From Raphidiopsis brookii D9 (GTDB lineage Bacteria > Cyanobacteriota > Cyanobacteriia > Cyanobacteriales > Nostocaceae), in the NCBI GenBank assembly GCA_000175855.1, contig ACYB01000006.1, forward strand, positions 30,001-62,000: a stretch of 32,000 bases of DNA. The letters are read 5' to 3'. This document shows positions 1 to 8,487 of the stretch, piece after piece. Under the pieces are notes generated by a model, which was given only the letters and a program-made list of their open reading frames with translations, did no database searches and was not told the DNA's origin. The position numbers and the translations under genes are program-made. How positions within the stretch are numbered: the first letter of the stretch is position 1; every line of letters begins with the position of its first letter.

Positions 1-565
1 CTATGGTTTGGGTGTTAGTATGATCATGAATTGTGGTGATAATTCCATGCTTAATCCCTATACCTTCATGAATGACTTTTACCACTGGTGCTAAACAGTT
101 GGTGGTACAAGAAGCAGCTGTTAAAATATGATCTTCTTTAGGTCTATAAAGATGATCATTTACCCCCATCACAATATTTAATGCTCCCCCTTTTACGGGT
201 GCAGCAACAATTACTTTACTCACTCCTCTTTGAAAGTAGGGACTGAGAGTTTCTAGGGTTCTAAATTTTCCTGAGCATTCTAAAACAATGTCCACGGAAA
301 ATTCTTCCCAGGGAACTTCTCCAGGTTGGGAATACTCGCTAAAGGTCAGGGATTTGTCACCAATAAAAATTTGGTCTTTTCCTGTTCCCACTTCGTTTTG
401 CCAGCGCCCATGTACGGAATCAAATTTCAGTAAATGAGCTGCTGCTTCTACACCGCCTTTGAGTTCATTTATATGCACAAATTCTATCTCTGACCAATCC
501 CAACCAGCACGCAATACTAAACGTCCTATACGCCCAAAACCATTAATTCCTACCCGGATTTTCAC
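1..565 (-). CDS. gap: Glyceraldehyde-3-phosphate dehydrogenase, type I (N-terminal ~188 aa; 3' end runs off the window)
   Basis: Absent from the ORF track because it is open-ended. The reverse complement from GTG at 565-563 reads [22 protein letters not shown]... (GxGxxG Rossmann N-terminus). Further on it reads ...[40 protein letters not shown] (catalytic SCTTNC motif). There are no stops down to position 1. The start lies 1 nt after the pstS stop (569-567). Confidence 0.9.
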   Translation of the reverse strand, partial: MKIRVGINGFGRIGRLVLRAGWDWSEIEFVHINELKGGVEAAAHLLKFDSVHGRWQNEVGTGKDQIFIGDKSLTFSEYSQPGEVPWEEFSVDIVLECSGKFRTLETLSPYFQRGVSKVIVAAPVKGGALNIVMGVNDHLYRPKEDHILTAASCTTNCLAPVVKVIHEGIGIKHGIITTIHDHTNTQTI

Positions 566-566
566 A

Positions 567-1614
567 TTAAAACTCCTTCTGTTTACGCAATAATTCCCCA
601 ATAGTTAAATTGAATTCCGACTTACCCCCAAATACCGTTCCAGCTTTACCATTGTGTAAATGCACATAACCAATATTGTATGCTTCCTTGGGTAAAGGCA
701 CAGAGCCAACGGAATTAACTATTGCAGGTGCTTTTTTTAAGTAAAAATCTACAAATTTATACAGGTCTGCCCGATGTTTACCTGACCACAGATTCACATA
801 AATAAATAGAGGTCTGGATAGAGGTTGATACTTGGATTTTCCTACTGTTTCTGGGGATGGTAATATGGGCCCTTTTTTGTTATCAACAGCTACTAGTTTC
901 AATTTGTCTTGATTTTTTTTGTAGTAAGCATAACCGAAATAACCAAGGGCATTAACATTTTGATTAACACCCTTAACTAACACATCATCATCTTCACTAG
1001 CTGTATAATCATTACGACTAGCTTTTTCTTTACCAACTATTGCCTCAACAAAATAGTCATAAGTACCAGAATCCTTACCTGGTCCGTATAATTTTAATGG
1101 GCGGTCTGGCCAGGAAGCACGTACTTGATTCCACTGGGAAATTTTCCCCTGGGATTGGGGGTTCCCAGATCTTTCTCAATTCATCAACTGTTATGTCCTT
1201 AACCCAGTTGTTCTGAGGATGCACCACAACAGTTAAAGCATCAAATGCAACGGGTATTTCTATATATCTGACACCATTTTTATTACACTCTGCCATTTCT
1301 TTGGCAGAAATTGGTCGGGAGGCATTATTTATCTCTGTTTCATTCCTACAGAATTTTTTAAACCCTCCCCCCGTACCAGAAAAACTTACTTGTACTGAGG
1401 TTGGATTTTTCCCATCCTTGCTAAACTCTTTAACTATGGCTTGGGTAATTGGATATACAGTGCTGGAACCATCTATTCTAATTGTAGATGCTGTCTGAGA
1501 GTTAACATCTTTTGTTGCTTCTACTGAACTGTTTTTGTTCACATCAGCGGTGCAACTGGCGGCCAATGTTAACATTCCCACTGTGATCAATAATCTTACT
1601 GCGGTTGGTTTCAC
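567..1614 (-). pseudogene. pstS: PstS/SphX-type periplasmic phosphate-binding protein, split by a +1 frameshift in a C5 (plus-strand G5) run at 1157-1161
   Basis: ORFs 1075..1614 and 567..983 are the N- and C-terminal halves of one PstS-family protein. The first has a signal peptide with LAASC, then [13 protein letters not shown] and [11 protein letters not shown]. The second has GYFGYAYY and LSRPLFIYVN. Deleting one C from TGGGAACCCCCAATCC gives [39 protein letters not shown]..., which runs straight into the 567..983 frame. 1614-983=631, i.e. 3n+1. Confidence 0.85.
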
Positions 1615-2000
1615 TGGTTTATCCTAACATGGTTACTACTGAGTAATACTAAATAGTATCTGTTGACCATTATTTCAAAAAAATTTAGATATGTCAATTA
1701 TGTCAGGGAGAAAATATACAAAAATTAACCATAACAATTAGGTTGGGATCTGAAATCCTTCAGTTCACGCAAATCATGATGAGATTCTTGGTTTTCATCA
1801 CTACCTTGAGCGATCGCCCGTACTAAAGTAAAAAAACTACAGCTATAGCCACATAAGGGAGATTAAAATGCTTGCCCGTCAAATTTACGCATCAATTTTT
1901 GACTAAGCGCTTCTGCCAAAGCTATAAGATTGGGTAAAACTCCCCATATAAAAACGGGGATTTTTACCCTGGAAAGAATTACCCTTGTTGAAAGAAAATT

Positions 2001-2426
2001 ATGAGTGTAGGATTGGATTTGATCCCAAATACCATGATGGAATACTTATATTATCTAGGCAATGCTAGTCTCACCCTAAGAGTTGTTCAGCACCTCTATA
2101 ATCGACCTCAAATGCCAATTTCCTTTATCACCATAATTCATCAAATTGATGGTTGGGTAATCAGGATTAAATTAAAAGAGGCAATTTCTACTCAAGAGGA
2201 TGGTGATTTCCGAGCTTTTTGTAATGAGCTAGGGATTAGCTATGAACCGCCAATGAGATTACAAATGGCATTTTGGAGTTTAGAAGCAGGTCAGAATCCC
2301 ATAGAAGTAATGCAGCGCTACCAAATAGCTATTGTCTCCCATGGTGGTTCAGAAAGAGAGGAAATTGAGGCATTTAGACAACAGTTTGTTAGAGGTTTAG
2401 GCTATTGTCCAGAAACCTTGGCTTGA
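2001..2426 (+). CDS. Hypothetical protein (141 aa), family not recognised
   Basis: Clean ORF in an otherwise empty interval with no competing ORF. I recognise no motif. The start could instead be one of the internal Met codons (MMEYLYY). Confidence 0.5.
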   Translation: MSVGLDLIPNTMMEYLYYLGNASLTLRVVQHLYNRPQMPISFITIIHQIDGWVIRIKLKEAISTQEDGDFRAFCNELGISYEPPMRLQMAFWSLEAGQNPIEVMQRYQIAIVSHGGSEREEIEAFRQQFVRGLGYCPETLA

Positions 2427-2432
2427 AAGCAG

Positions 2433-2466
2433 GTGGAAGGAAATCAACTTTGGTTATCCCTTCCAC
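2433..2466. terminator. Perfect 8-bp hairpin between convergent genes (candidate bidirectional terminator or 3' stabiliser)
   Basis: GTGGAAGG (2433-2440) pairs with CCTTCCAC (2459-2466) around an 18-nt loop. It sits between the stop of the 141-aa ORF (2426) and the stop of the YraN gene (2470). Neither side has a clear U-tract. Confidence 0.35.
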
Positions 2467-2469
2467 ACA

Positions 2470-2976
2470 CTAAATACTACTTAATCTTGCTGATATATCA
2501 AAAGCGGATTCTATATAATCTAATAGTATAAACTCGTATTCTTGAGCAGACAAACTAGCCAATGCTTTTGATTGAATTACTTGCTTTTTAGAAATAGACT
2601 TTTTATAAAAAACGCTAGCTACGTCAAAGCGACAAGAGTAGTCTGCTTTATCTGGATGGTTGGCTAAAAACATTTCCGCCGCGATCAGGATTTTCCTTTG
2701 TTTGTTCATGGTAACCGAATCTTTCCCTCCCGCATCCCAATTACCAGCGCTACGGGTTTTCACTTCTACAAAGGCGAGGATGGGTGTTTTGCAATTAACA
2801 CTTGTTGGTCTAAGAGTTTTATTGTCATACTCGGCAATAATATCCACCTCACCCCAAGGACAAGAAAAACGACGGTGGAGAATTTGCCAACCGTTGGATT
2901 TTAACCATTGGGTTACTAGATCTTCTCCTATCAGACCAATTTTGCTATGATTAAATGAAGGAAGTTTAGACATCAA
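2470..2976 (-). CDS. YraN family (UPF0102) endonuclease-like protein
   Basis: Reads IGLIGEDLVTQWLKSNGWQILHRRFSCPWGEVDIIA ... LAFVEVKTRS ... RFDVASV. This is the GE..A..YL..G / GE(I/V)D(I/L)IA / FVEVK / R(F/I)DV pattern typical of YraN. It is longer than the ~120-aa norm because of insertions. Confidence 0.75.
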   Translation of the reverse strand: MMSKLPSFNHSKIGLIGEDLVTQWLKSNGWQILHRRFSCPWGEVDIIAEYDNKTLRPTSVNCKTPILAFVEVKTRSAGNWDAGGKDSVTMNKQRKILIAAEMFLANHPDKADYSCRFDVASVFYKKSISKKQVIQSKALASLSAQEYEFILLDYIESAFDISARLSSI

Positions 2977-2988
2977 TGTACAATTCGG

Positions 2989-3504
2989 ATGAATATTAAA
3001 CGAGTTTTTAAAAATCGGATTTTTCTAGTGATCCTCAATTTATCTTTGTTGGTAATCATACCCCTAACTTGTCTAGTAGGTCTAACATCAACAGCTCTAG
3101 CACTAGAATACAACAAAGAAATTTTGATCGGAGCAGATTTTTCCCAAAGAGACTTAAGAGATTCTAGTTTTACCAAAGCCAATCTTCGTCAAAGTGATTT
3201 CAGTGGATCTAATCTCACGGGTGTCAGTTTCTTTGCTGCTAATCTGGAATCAGCAAATTTCACTGGTGCTGATTTAACCAATGCTACTTTAGATTCTGCA
3301 CGTTTTATTGGGGCTAATTTGACTAATGCTATTTTAGAAGGTGCATTTGCAGCTAGTGCTAAGTTTGATGGTGCAATTATTACAGGTGCGGACTTTACTG
3401 ATGTGTTGTTACGTCGTGATGAACAAAACAAACTATGTCAATTGGCAAAGGGAATTAATCCCACCACAGGTAGACATACAAGAAAGACTTTATTTTGTCG
3501 ATAG
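2989..3504 (+). CDS. Pentapeptide-repeat protein with N-terminal signal peptide (thylakoid-lumen/periplasmic Rfr type)
   Basis: Hydrophobic N-terminus ending TSTALA|LE (AxA cleavage site). It is followed by about 20 consecutive A(D/N)LXX pentapeptides, e.g. ANLRQSDFSGSNLTGVSFFAANLESANFTGADLTNATLDSARFIGANLTNAILEGA. Confidence 0.9.
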   Translation: MNIKRVFKNRIFLVILNLSLLVIIPLTCLVGLTSTALALEYNKEILIGADFSQRDLRDSSFTKANLRQSDFSGSNLTGVSFFAANLESANFTGADLTNATLDSARFIGANLTNAILEGAFAASAKFDGAIITGADFTDVLLRRDEQNKLCQLAKGINPTTGRHTRKTLFCR

Positions 3505-3725
3505 TCTATCATTCAAAATAAACTTGGAATTATCTGTGTGATATTGTGATATAATGTCTCCCGTGGTTGAATATTACTCAAAGCACCGCTAGAACGCGAG
3601 TTTGGGCTTTTATATTCAAAAAAATGGAAGAAACAAACGTGAAAACATCGAGGTAGACACTCCCAACCCTTGTATTTTTCTTGGCGATCGCCAGATAAAA
3701 TTCAGAAACTAGGTTTTAAATTTCT

Positions 3726-4694
3726 ATGAAGCAACTACAAACAAGACTAGTATTTATCATATTTAGTATTTTTTTCACCGGATGGTTGATTTGTGGACTA
3801 TCAATATGGTCCCTGGAATTTAATAAAGCCAAAAAAGATATCCTTCGCACTGCGGGAATCCTTTTAGATACAGCAGCAGCAGTTAGAGACTATACATCTA
3901 ATCAAGTTCAACCTCAATTTAATCTGATTGAGGCAGGATTGAAAGTACCTATTGCTGATCAAGCTGCTCAAGGCGGTAATAACCAAGCCCAAGGCTACCA
4001 ACCAACAGAAGAAAAGGAAGTACCTGAGTTTAATAGAGTTACTGTTCCTTCCTATGCTGCTCAACAAGTTTTAAACCAACTGGAGAAAAACAAGATCGGA
4101 TATAGCTATCGTGAGACTGCCATAAATCCAACTAATCGCAAAGATCTAGCAGCACCCTGGGAACTGGAAATTATTAATTACTTTGCTGCAAATCCCAAAG
4201 CACCACCAAAAATGGGCGAAAGGTTTGACACTTTGACTAAGCAAAAAACCTATTATATTGCCAAGCCAATTCAAATCACTAAAGAAAGCTGTTTGGTATG
4301 TCACAGTACACCTGAAAGGGCACCTGCTTCCCTAATCAAGACTTATGGCAGTGAAAATGGTTTTGGGTGGAAGTTAAATGAGGTAGTAGGAGCTAGAGTA
4401 ATTTCTGTCCCCTCTATTGTTCAGTACAACGAAGCTCGCAGATCTATTGGCTCTTATTTATTGGCGATCGCCAGCATATTTTTAGTTGCTTATACTGCAG
4501 TGATTGTAATTATATACCGTTCAGTAACCAAACCACTAGATTTTATCACCCACCTCTTAGAAGAAGTTAGCCTACATCAGACGGAGGGGGCACAATTACC
4601 AGAGGATAAATCTAACCCCCTAAATAATCTAAACCGATCCATAAATCGTCTTTTGATTAGCCTTAATAAGGCTTTAAAATCACCGCAACAATAG
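3726..4694 (+). CDS. Membrane-anchored DUF3365 (Tll0287-like) c-type heme sensor domain + TM + HAMP-like helix pair, with no output domain
   Basis: N-terminal TM (LVFIIFSIFFTGWLICGLSIW). The periplasmic domain has a single CxxCH heme-c site (CLVCHSTPERAP) in the DUF3365 context (YSYRETAINPTNRKD, YYIAKPI). A second TM follows (LLAIASIFLVAYTAVIVIIY). Then comes VTKPLDFITHLLEEVS...LNNLNRSINRLLISLNKAL, which resembles HAMP. The stop follows immediately. Confidence 0.7.
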   Translation: MKQLQTRLVFIIFSIFFTGWLICGLSIWSLEFNKAKKDILRTAGILLDTAAAVRDYTSNQVQPQFNLIEAGLKVPIADQAAQGGNNQAQGYQPTEEKEVPEFNRVTVPSYAAQQVLNQLEKNKIGYSYRETAINPTNRKDLAAPWELEIINYFAANPKAPPKMGERFDTLTKQKTYYIAKPIQITKESCLVCHSTPERAPASLIKTYGSENGFGWKLNEVVGARVISVPSIVQYNEARRSIGSYLLAIASIFLVAYTAVIVIIYRSVTKPLDFITHLLEEVSLHQTEGAQLPEDKSNPLNNLNRSINRLLISLNKALKSPQQ

Positions 4695-4724
4695 TAACAA
4701 TGCAATGTTTTTAATAATCAGTAA

Positions 4725-6362
4725 TTGGTCGCGGACATGAAAAATTTTCTTCTGCTTTTTCAAGCTGGATTAACTGGATGTCTTTTGTTTTCTTATGTTT
4801 TCGTATTGAGTAACCCCGAACAGATTTTACCAGTAATCATCGAAATACTCAAAATTGTTGTTTTAATTAGCATTAGTGTGGTCTTTGTTAACACAATTTC
4901 TTTTTTAATCATTGATTTTTGGTTCACCCACAAGCAAGGAAAACAACCATCCAAATTATTGAAGTTTACAGTTTCCGTCGTTCTTTATGGCATAGCTGCT
5001 GCTGTAGTTTTACAAATTTTAGGAAAAGACACAACTCAATTCTTTACTACATCTGCCTTATTCGCAGCAGTGGTTGGGTTTGCCATGCAAGAACCCCTAG
5101 GTAATTTGCTCTCGGGTGTTTTTCTGCAAATAAACCAACCTTTTCAAATTGGCGATTGGATTGAATTTCAAGCATTAGATGGCATGATGGTAGAAGGGGT
5201 TGTAGAATCGGTTGATTGGGATTCTACAGATATTCGCCAAAAATCCGGTGAAATTACTTATATTCCTAACGGGTCAATAGCTAAAAACCTAGTAAAAATG
5301 GCAGCTGCGGGTAACGTCTATCGTACGGTAGACTTCACCGTTCCTCCCAATATTCCCCCCAACCAGGTTATGGATATTGCCTGCAAAGCCTTGATTAATC
5401 AACCTCCAGCAAATGTTAATCTGGATAAGCCTTTATTTGCTAGAATGTGGTCCTACGGTTTGGAGGAGATAAACTATAAACTCTTCTACTATCCGAAAAA
5501 TTACAGTGAAGCAGAAACCCATACAGACCCAGAAATTCGTTGTCGACTTTGGTATGCTCTCAATCGTGCTGGTTTAACTACTGAATATCAGCAGTCGGAG
5601 AAACAACATCTATTGCAACTGGTTAATGCTGTTGAGTTTTTTAGAGACTTAAGTCTGGAAGCTAAAAGCTTAATCATTGAGGAATCTAAAACCTTGTTAT
5701 TTGACAGAGAGGAGTTATTGGACAATCAACAACTATTTTCTGGGACGATGTTTCTGCTGGTAAGCGGTTCTATTCTGGTACAAAATAAACTAGTTCATAC
5801 TTCTAAGGGTAATATTACTATTCCTCTAAATCAAAACCCACAAAATGATTATCGCGCCAGTCTTGCTCTCAAACCACCAGTGATTGAGCAGGTGTCTGTG
5901 CAACTAGCTAAGTACATAGGTCCAGTGGCCTTTTCCCTAACTAAAGAAGCAGCTAAAACAGCTCCCTCTCTATATAGTCTTTATTCAACCCTCTCCAGTG
6001 AGATTCACAATCCACAACAAAGAGAAGAGTTTCTCCTGCACCAACCACCAGCACCCACGGAGGAATTGCTAGCAGGAGATTTCTTTGGGGAGATGTGTCT
6101 TTTCCTTGGACAACCTTTACCCAAGATCAAAATCACTACCATAGAGGAAACCCAACTTTTAGGTATCACTCCCAATGCACTTTTGAGTGCCCTAGACCGG
6201 GATGGTATAGATATTAGTGTTATTGCCCAGCAAGTTAGTAACTACTACTATAGTTATTTAGTTAGTTCTCTACAGGAACTACCCTCAGAAATGTTAAATG
6301 GAACTAGCATTCTAGAGCAAATACAGCAGTATTTTCATTCGGTCATGGCATTAAAAATTTGA
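4725..6362 (+). CDS. MscS-family mechanosensitive channel with C-terminal cyclic-nucleotide-binding-like domain (bCNG-type architecture)
   Basis: N-terminal TM helices. MscS pore/beta-domain signature GFAMQEPLGNLLSGVFLQINQPFQIGDWIEF. C-terminal cNMP-type motifs FFRDLSLEAKSLIIEESKTLLFDREELL and AGDFFGEMCLFLGQP. The track start at 4725 is TTG; ATG at 4737 (MKNFLLLF) is the more likely start. Confidence 0.85.
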   Translation: MVADMKNFLLLFQAGLTGCLLFSYVFVLSNPEQILPVIIEILKIVVLISISVVFVNTISFLIIDFWFTHKQGKQPSKLLKFTVSVVLYGIAAAVVLQILGKDTTQFFTTSALFAAVVGFAMQEPLGNLLSGVFLQINQPFQIGDWIEFQALDGMMVEGVVESVDWDSTDIRQKSGEITYIPNGSIAKNLVKMAAAGNVYRTVDFTVPPNIPPNQVMDIACKALINQPPANVNLDKPLFARMWSYGLEEINYKLFYYPKNYSEAETHTDPEIRCRLWYALNRAGLTTEYQQSEKQHLLQLVNAVEFFRDLSLEAKSLIIEESKTLLFDREELLDNQQLFSGTMFLLVSGSILVQNKLVHTSKGNITIPLNQNPQNDYRASLALKPPVIEQVSVQLAKYIGPVAFSLTKEAAKTAPSLYSLYSTLSSEIHNPQQREEFLLHQPPAPTEELLAGDFFGEMCLFLGQPLPKIKITTIEETQLLGITPNALLSALDRDGIDISVIAQQVSNYYYSYLVSSLQELPSEMLNGTSILEQIQQYFHSVMALKI

Positions 6363-6448
6363 CACGTTAGACTTAGACAGGAGGGATTGGGTATTTTCCA
6401 TCCCCTCACCAAGGGTGACCTAAGCAAGAGTGCTAATTTTTGGTGAAT

Positions 6449-7435
6449 TTATCCTTTCTCCAATTCCTGGAGAATTTTACGATACAAATATTCCACCTGC
6501 TGTCTTTGCTTTTCCCCCAGAGAAGCATAATGGGCTAAACCAGGAGCACTATTAACTTCTAGCAGGGTGTAGTCTGTTAGGGGTTGGGTAATATCTTGAG
6601 TAAGAATATCTACACCTGCTAATCTCAATCCCATGTCCTTAGTAATATTAATTCCTAGTTTCTCAAAATCGGCATGGATATTTTCAGTTAGATCTATTGC
6701 TTGACCACCGGTAGAGAGATTTGCATTGTCTAAAAGATAAACCACAATTCCTTGGGAAACTACACTTTGAAAGCTGAGATTTTGTTTCTCGAGGTTTTTA
6801 AAAATTCGGAAGTCAGCTAAATCAATTAGTATCTTTTCACCGATTTTGAGCAGGTCCTCTCGTTTTGTCTTGAGTAGTTCTACAATGGTTGATTTACCAT
6901 CTCCCATTACAGACAAGGGAATTCTCTGATAAGCAGCTATCACTTCATTATCTAATACTAAAATTCTAAAGTCATTCCCAATATAAAATCTCTCAACGAT
7001 TAGGGCCGATTGTATATTAAATATTTTTTTTGCCACTTCATAATATTCGTTTTTGTTATGTACTTTGGTAACCAGAACTCCTAAACTGAGATTCAAAGGT
7101 TTCACAATTACGGGTAGTCCTAATTTTTTTGCATACTGCCAACCATCATCTATATTTCTGGGATTAGCTACCTTGCGACATATTTTATCATTAAAAAAGG
7201 TTTTGCCTTCTGTCACTCTATAGCCAAGGCTACCTAAAAAGTAATTAGAAAAGGCTTTGTCTTGGGCTAAATTCGCTGAACCAAATCCATTAATATTAAA
7301 TCTTGTATTATCAAAAACAGTTCTTTTACCATTTCTAAAGGTTATGTGCCCTATTAGCTCATATTCCGGCTCTATCAAAACCTTTGCACCTATTTCTGTA
7401 GCTATCTTCTGCAAAATCGATGCTGTGAATCTCAT
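6449..7435 (-). CDS. Standalone ATP-grasp ligase (cyanophycin-synthetase / RimK-like ATP-grasp module)
   Basis: Reads LGLPVIVKPLNLSLGVLVTKV, GNDFRILVLDNEVIAAYQRIPLSVMGDGKSTIVELL and AGVDILTQD...LLEVNSAPGL. This is the ATP-grasp pattern, and it resembles the CphA G-domain stretch (..RVPAHV.GDGK.TI.EL.) as I remember it. Confidence 0.7.
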   Translation of the reverse strand: MRFTASILQKIATEIGAKVLIEPEYELIGHITFRNGKRTVFDNTRFNINGFGSANLAQDKAFSNYFLGSLGYRVTEGKTFFNDKICRKVANPRNIDDGWQYAKKLGLPVIVKPLNLSLGVLVTKVHNKNEYYEVAKKIFNIQSALIVERFYIGNDFRILVLDNEVIAAYQRIPLSVMGDGKSTIVELLKTKREDLLKIGEKILIDLADFRIFKNLEKQNLSFQSVVSQGIVVYLLDNANLSTGGQAIDLTENIHADFEKLGINITKDMGLRLAGVDILTQDITQPLTDYTLLEVNSAPGLAHYASLGEKQRQQVEYLYRKILQELEKG

Positions 7436-7494
7436 AGTTTCTTCTTTAGCTATATTCTAAAAAACTATATAATAACAAAGTGCCATAGTCAATC

Positions 7495-7539
7495 AATAAA
7501 AGGCGCTAGTGTTTAACCCCTAAAACATACACTAACGCC
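7495..7539 (-). terminator. Rho-independent terminator of ndhO
   Basis: Minus-strand RNA reads GGCGUUAGUGU-(16 nt loop)-ACACUAGCGCC, an 11-bp stem with one G.U pair, followed directly by UUUUAUUGAUU. It lies 55 nt downstream of the ndhO stop. Confidence 0.7.
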
Positions 7540-7593
7540 GATTAAATTTATAGGGTTGAATTATGCTCTTTACCCCCTACAAATGACCTAAAT

Positions 7594-7821
7594 TTAAGGA
7601 GCTGCATCTTGTTGTATAGTTAATTGATCCAGTTTCAACCAAATGTTTGGTGTAGGCACTTTACCAAACTTCACCAAAGCGTAATCTCCCTTAATATCCA
7701 CCACTTCCCCGGAACTTTCAAATAAATAGGAAGGAAAGCGCCCATCACTAGCTTTAGCTTCCAGACTATTTTCTAATTTTTCGCGCAGGGCACGAACCAT
7801 ATTTCCTTTTTTAATTGCCAT
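7594..7821 (-). CDS. ndhO: NAD(P)H-quinone oxidoreductase (NDH-1) subunit O
   Basis: 75 aa: [67 protein letters not shown]. This matches my memory of cyanobacterial NdhO (KKG.LVR..REKLENS.EA.ASD.R.P.YLFE..GE.....GDYA...F..PTPN.WLR.DQL). Confidence 0.8.
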   Translation of the reverse strand: MAIKKGNMVRALREKLENSLEAKASDGRFPSYLFESSGEVVDIKGDYALVKFGKVPTPNIWLKLDQLTIQQDAAP

Positions 7822-7857
7822 AACTTTCTAATTTATCTTGCGGTTTGTATTGCATTG

Positions 7858-7932
7858 CAGGAGCAGAGCTGAGCCAAGAAGAATCAAGTTAAGTCATAGA
7901 TTTCTTCAGCAGCTCAGTTCTTGCTGTTTTTT
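7858..7932 (+). terminator. Long hairpin + T6 with intrinsic-terminator geometry on the plus strand, although both flanking genes are on the minus strand
   Basis: Plus-strand RNA has an outer stem AGCAGAGCUGAGC / GCUCAGUUCUUGCU (13 bp, one G.U, one bulge). An inner stem GAAGAAUC / GAUUUCUUC closes a 13-nt loop. UUUUUU follows at 7927-7932. On the minus strand the G.U becomes a C.A mismatch, the run is a leading A6, and no U-tract follows. Confidence 0.5.
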
Positions 7933-7955
7933 GCCCAGGTATAGGTTAGCGCAAA

Positions 7956-8201
7956 TTAATATGCCAAGCCCATGCTGCGAGTTGTTTCTGCCCCAAGGTA
8001 AACCCGAATACTCAAAAAGTCAGTTGGGCAAGCCGTTTCACAGCGCTTGCAACCTACACAGTCTTGAATGCGGGGTGAAGAAGCAACTTGAGCGGCTTTA
8101 CATCCGTCCCAAGGAACCATTTCTAGAACGTCAGTGGGGCAAGCGCGTACACATTGAGTGCAACCGATGCAGGTATCGTAGATTTTTACGGTATGAGACA
8201 T
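7956..8201 (-). CDS. psaC: Photosystem I iron-sulfur centre subunit PsaC (2x[4Fe-4S])
   Basis: 81 aa: [81 protein letters not shown]. Both CxxCxxCxxxCP ferredoxin motifs are present. It is near-identical to canonical PsaC except for IQ where TE is usual. Confidence 0.98.
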   Translation of the reverse strand: MSHTVKIYDTCIGCTQCVRACPTDVLEMVPWDGCKAAQVASSPRIQDCVGCKRCETACPTDFLSIRVYLGAETTRSMGLAY

Positions 8202-8487
8202 TGAAAAAACTACTCCTTTGGTGGTGTTCTTCTCTGGAGAAGGAATAATATCAAGGCATAGTTTACCCCAGTCCAGGCGAAGCTGTAAGTAAAAGGCTAC
8301 ATAACTTTAAACAATTTAATAAGCTCCCCCAACAAAAGGATTGACTGGTATGGAATTTGCCATCTCTCCATAACTCGAAGAAATTTTAAAGAAATGTAAA
8401 GCTTTGCCTCAATTACTTAGGGATCAACCTATATTATAGCTTTAGCCATAATGCCATAGATAGGGATAAATAAACATCGACTAAATT

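Noticed and set aside
1712-1742. Pho box upstream of pstS
   Set aside because: On the pstS strand, the octamers at 11-bp spacing read CTAATTGT / GGTTAATT / GTATATTT. Only one contains the TTAA core of the PyTTAAPyPy(T/A) consensus. That is too weak to call without a scoring matrix.
7838-8248. 136-aa plus-strand ORF
   Set aside because: It is entirely antisense to psaC, whose identity is unambiguous. The sequence is Arg/Cys/Leu-rich with no motif, which is typical of a shadow ORF.
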